A stretch of DNA of 64,000 bases from Cetorhinus maximus. Taxonomy: Eukaryota. The notes under the pieces are model-generated. The model did no database searches. It was not told the DNA's origin and saw nothing but the letters and a program-made list of their open reading frames with translations. Positions 62,217-64,000 of the stretch are shown here, piece by piece. Within the stretch, counting starts at the first letter, position 1. The number at the start of each line of letters is the position of its first letter. The DNA is taken from positions 1,426,001 to 1,490,000 of the forward strand of contig NC_135882.1 in NCBI RefSeq assembly GCF_964194155.1. Direction: 5' to 3'. The translations under genes and the position numbers were made by a program.

Positions 62217-62300
62217 TTAGTGAAGGAGCACTGGACAGTTGGAGCTACTGACCTTCACCTGGGTTGTTAGATCACAGCCAGTTAAGTACCTTTGAAGTGT

Positions 62301-62700
62301 AATTCCCTTGCTTTTCTTTGAATAGTGCCATGAGAAATTTTTTTGGTCATTAGAGTGGGAAGCGGCCTTGGTTTAATGTCATCAGTAAAAGATGATAGTG
62401 CATCAGTCTTGCACTGACGTGGATTATCCTCAAATTCTACAGTGGGGATTGAACCCACAACTCTGTGACTCAGTGGAGAGTGCTAACACAAGGCTTACAT
62501 GCCTGACCAATATTTCTCCTTAAATCAACACTACCAAAGTTAATTGACCATTCATCTCATTGCTGTTTGTGGGACCTTATACTTAGAAGAAAGATGGTTG
62601 ATTTACCCATATATTGATGATGGTGATTACATTTTAAAAAACAAAGTAATCCATTGACTCTAAAGTACATTGAAGCCAGATGGTGCTACGTCAATGTAAG
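62301..62700 (+). mobile_element. Deu-domain SINE with inverted 5' half (62301-62490 on -, 62501-62700 on +)
   Basis: The - part runs from the head to catggcactattcaaagaaaagcaagggaatt; the + part resumes at cctgaccaatattt. Confidence 0.62.
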
Positions 62701-62869
62701 TTAATGTTTACTTGGTATTGGCACCATTTAGGAATAGTGCATGTGGGGAGTATGCAGTAATAGTGAATGGAAGCATGGAAATGGTTGTAAATGAAGCAGA
62801 GCTTCACATTTGAACCCACCTAAGAGTATAGCTAACTGGTCTGCCATTGTGAAGTCCACTTACTGACAT

Positions 62870-63280
62870 GTGTTAACCATGCATTGGTTGGTAACATTCT
62901 CACTTCTGATTCAGAAGTATTTGAGAGTGGGGCCACTCCAGGACTTAAGCACAAAAATCAAGGGAGGGAATGCTCATTGTTGGAGATGCCAACTTTTGGA
63001 TGAGATGTTTAACCAAGGCCCCATCTACTTTGGTGCTTGTAAAAGATCCCATGGCACTATTTCAAAGAAGAGCAGGGGAGTTCTCCTTCGTGTCCCTCAA
63101 CATAAAAAACAGATTATCTGGTCATTATCATATTGCTGTTTGTGGGAGCTTGTTGTGTGCAAATTGGCTGCAATGTTTCCTATATTACAATGACTACACT
63201 TCAAAATTACTTCATTGGCTATAAAACATTTGGGACATCCTGTGGTTGTGAAAGGTGCTAAATAAATGCAAGTCTTTTCT
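62870..63280 (+). mobile_element. Deu-domain SINE, near full length
   Basis: gatgagatgtttaaccaaggccc..gtaaaagatcccatggcactatttcaaagaagagcaggggagttctcc..ataaatgcaagtctttt. Confidence 0.8.
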
Positions 63281-64000
63281 TCACTATGAAAAGCTGACCA
63301 GAGAGATAGCTTTTTAAACAACTTGCATTTATACCTAGTGCCTTTAACATGGTAAAACATCTCAAGTGCTCGACAGAAAGATTATAAGAAAAAAAAATTG
63401 ACACCAAGCCGCATGACACATGGACAGGTGAACAAAAGAAGTAAGTTTTAAGGAGCATTTTGGAGATAAACAGTGAGGTTAAGGGAGGGAATTCCAGTAC
63501 CCAGACAGCTGACAGCACAGCCTTTATTGACGATGAAGTAAAAATGTAACCTCTGACGCTGTTATACTTAAGTTACATCATCAGATTCGCAAAACACATA
63601 GCAAAATAAACACATCACTATAAATAGAAATTCACAGGCCATTCATATCAAATGTTTGAGTGATTGGGATTGGAGAACTGCTCTCCTAGCCTGAAGTTCA
63701 ACATCTTTAATGTTTTATTTAACAGTCCTTAGCAAGTCACTGAAGTGGTAGTGAATACTGCACCTGGCATCTATATGCTAGTCACTGCTAGCAGTTGAGA
63801 AATCTGTAACAGATTTTCTTGTGCTAAAATGTTTTTAATCTGTGGAAATGAATGTCCCAGTTCTTTGCCAGGAGGATGCATTTTTGGATCACCCTAAAAG
63901 GTCGCCTAACGATGCAGCTTGGAGCGGAACACTATCAGGGAGCTGCACTTGGAATCCAGTGCTCCTGCTAAAGATTATAAAATAAAGGGCTCCTCTAGTT

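Overview
Eukaryotic, repeat-dense DNA. The repeat families (CR1, L2, RTE, Deu-domain SINEs, Penelope-like elements, Harbinger) suggest a cartilaginous fish such as a shark; this is inference. Most of the window looks like very large introns around one convincing 183-bp coding exon on the + strand (47794-47976) of a gene I cannot name. Main contents: (1) a near-full-length decayed CR1 LINE with about 28.5 copies of a 35-bp monomer at its 5' end; (2) a decayed Harbinger transposon (Myb/SANT gene plus DDE transposase) and related MITEs; (3) eight Penelope-like insertions: two carry GIY-YIG, four are small foldbacks, six have 12-18 bp TSDs, and most have minimal hammerhead ribozyme motifs; (4) a nested LINE that apparently lacks ORF1 and shares both ends with a tRNA-headed SINE; (5) three retroposons with 5' inversions; (6) a 2.6-kb C-rich minisatellite; (7) a local inverted duplication that preserves an empty Penelope target site. 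I found no CRISPR array, rRNA, genuine tRNA or prokaryotic genes. Boundaries of old repeats are approximate, and everything was read by eye without alignment tools.
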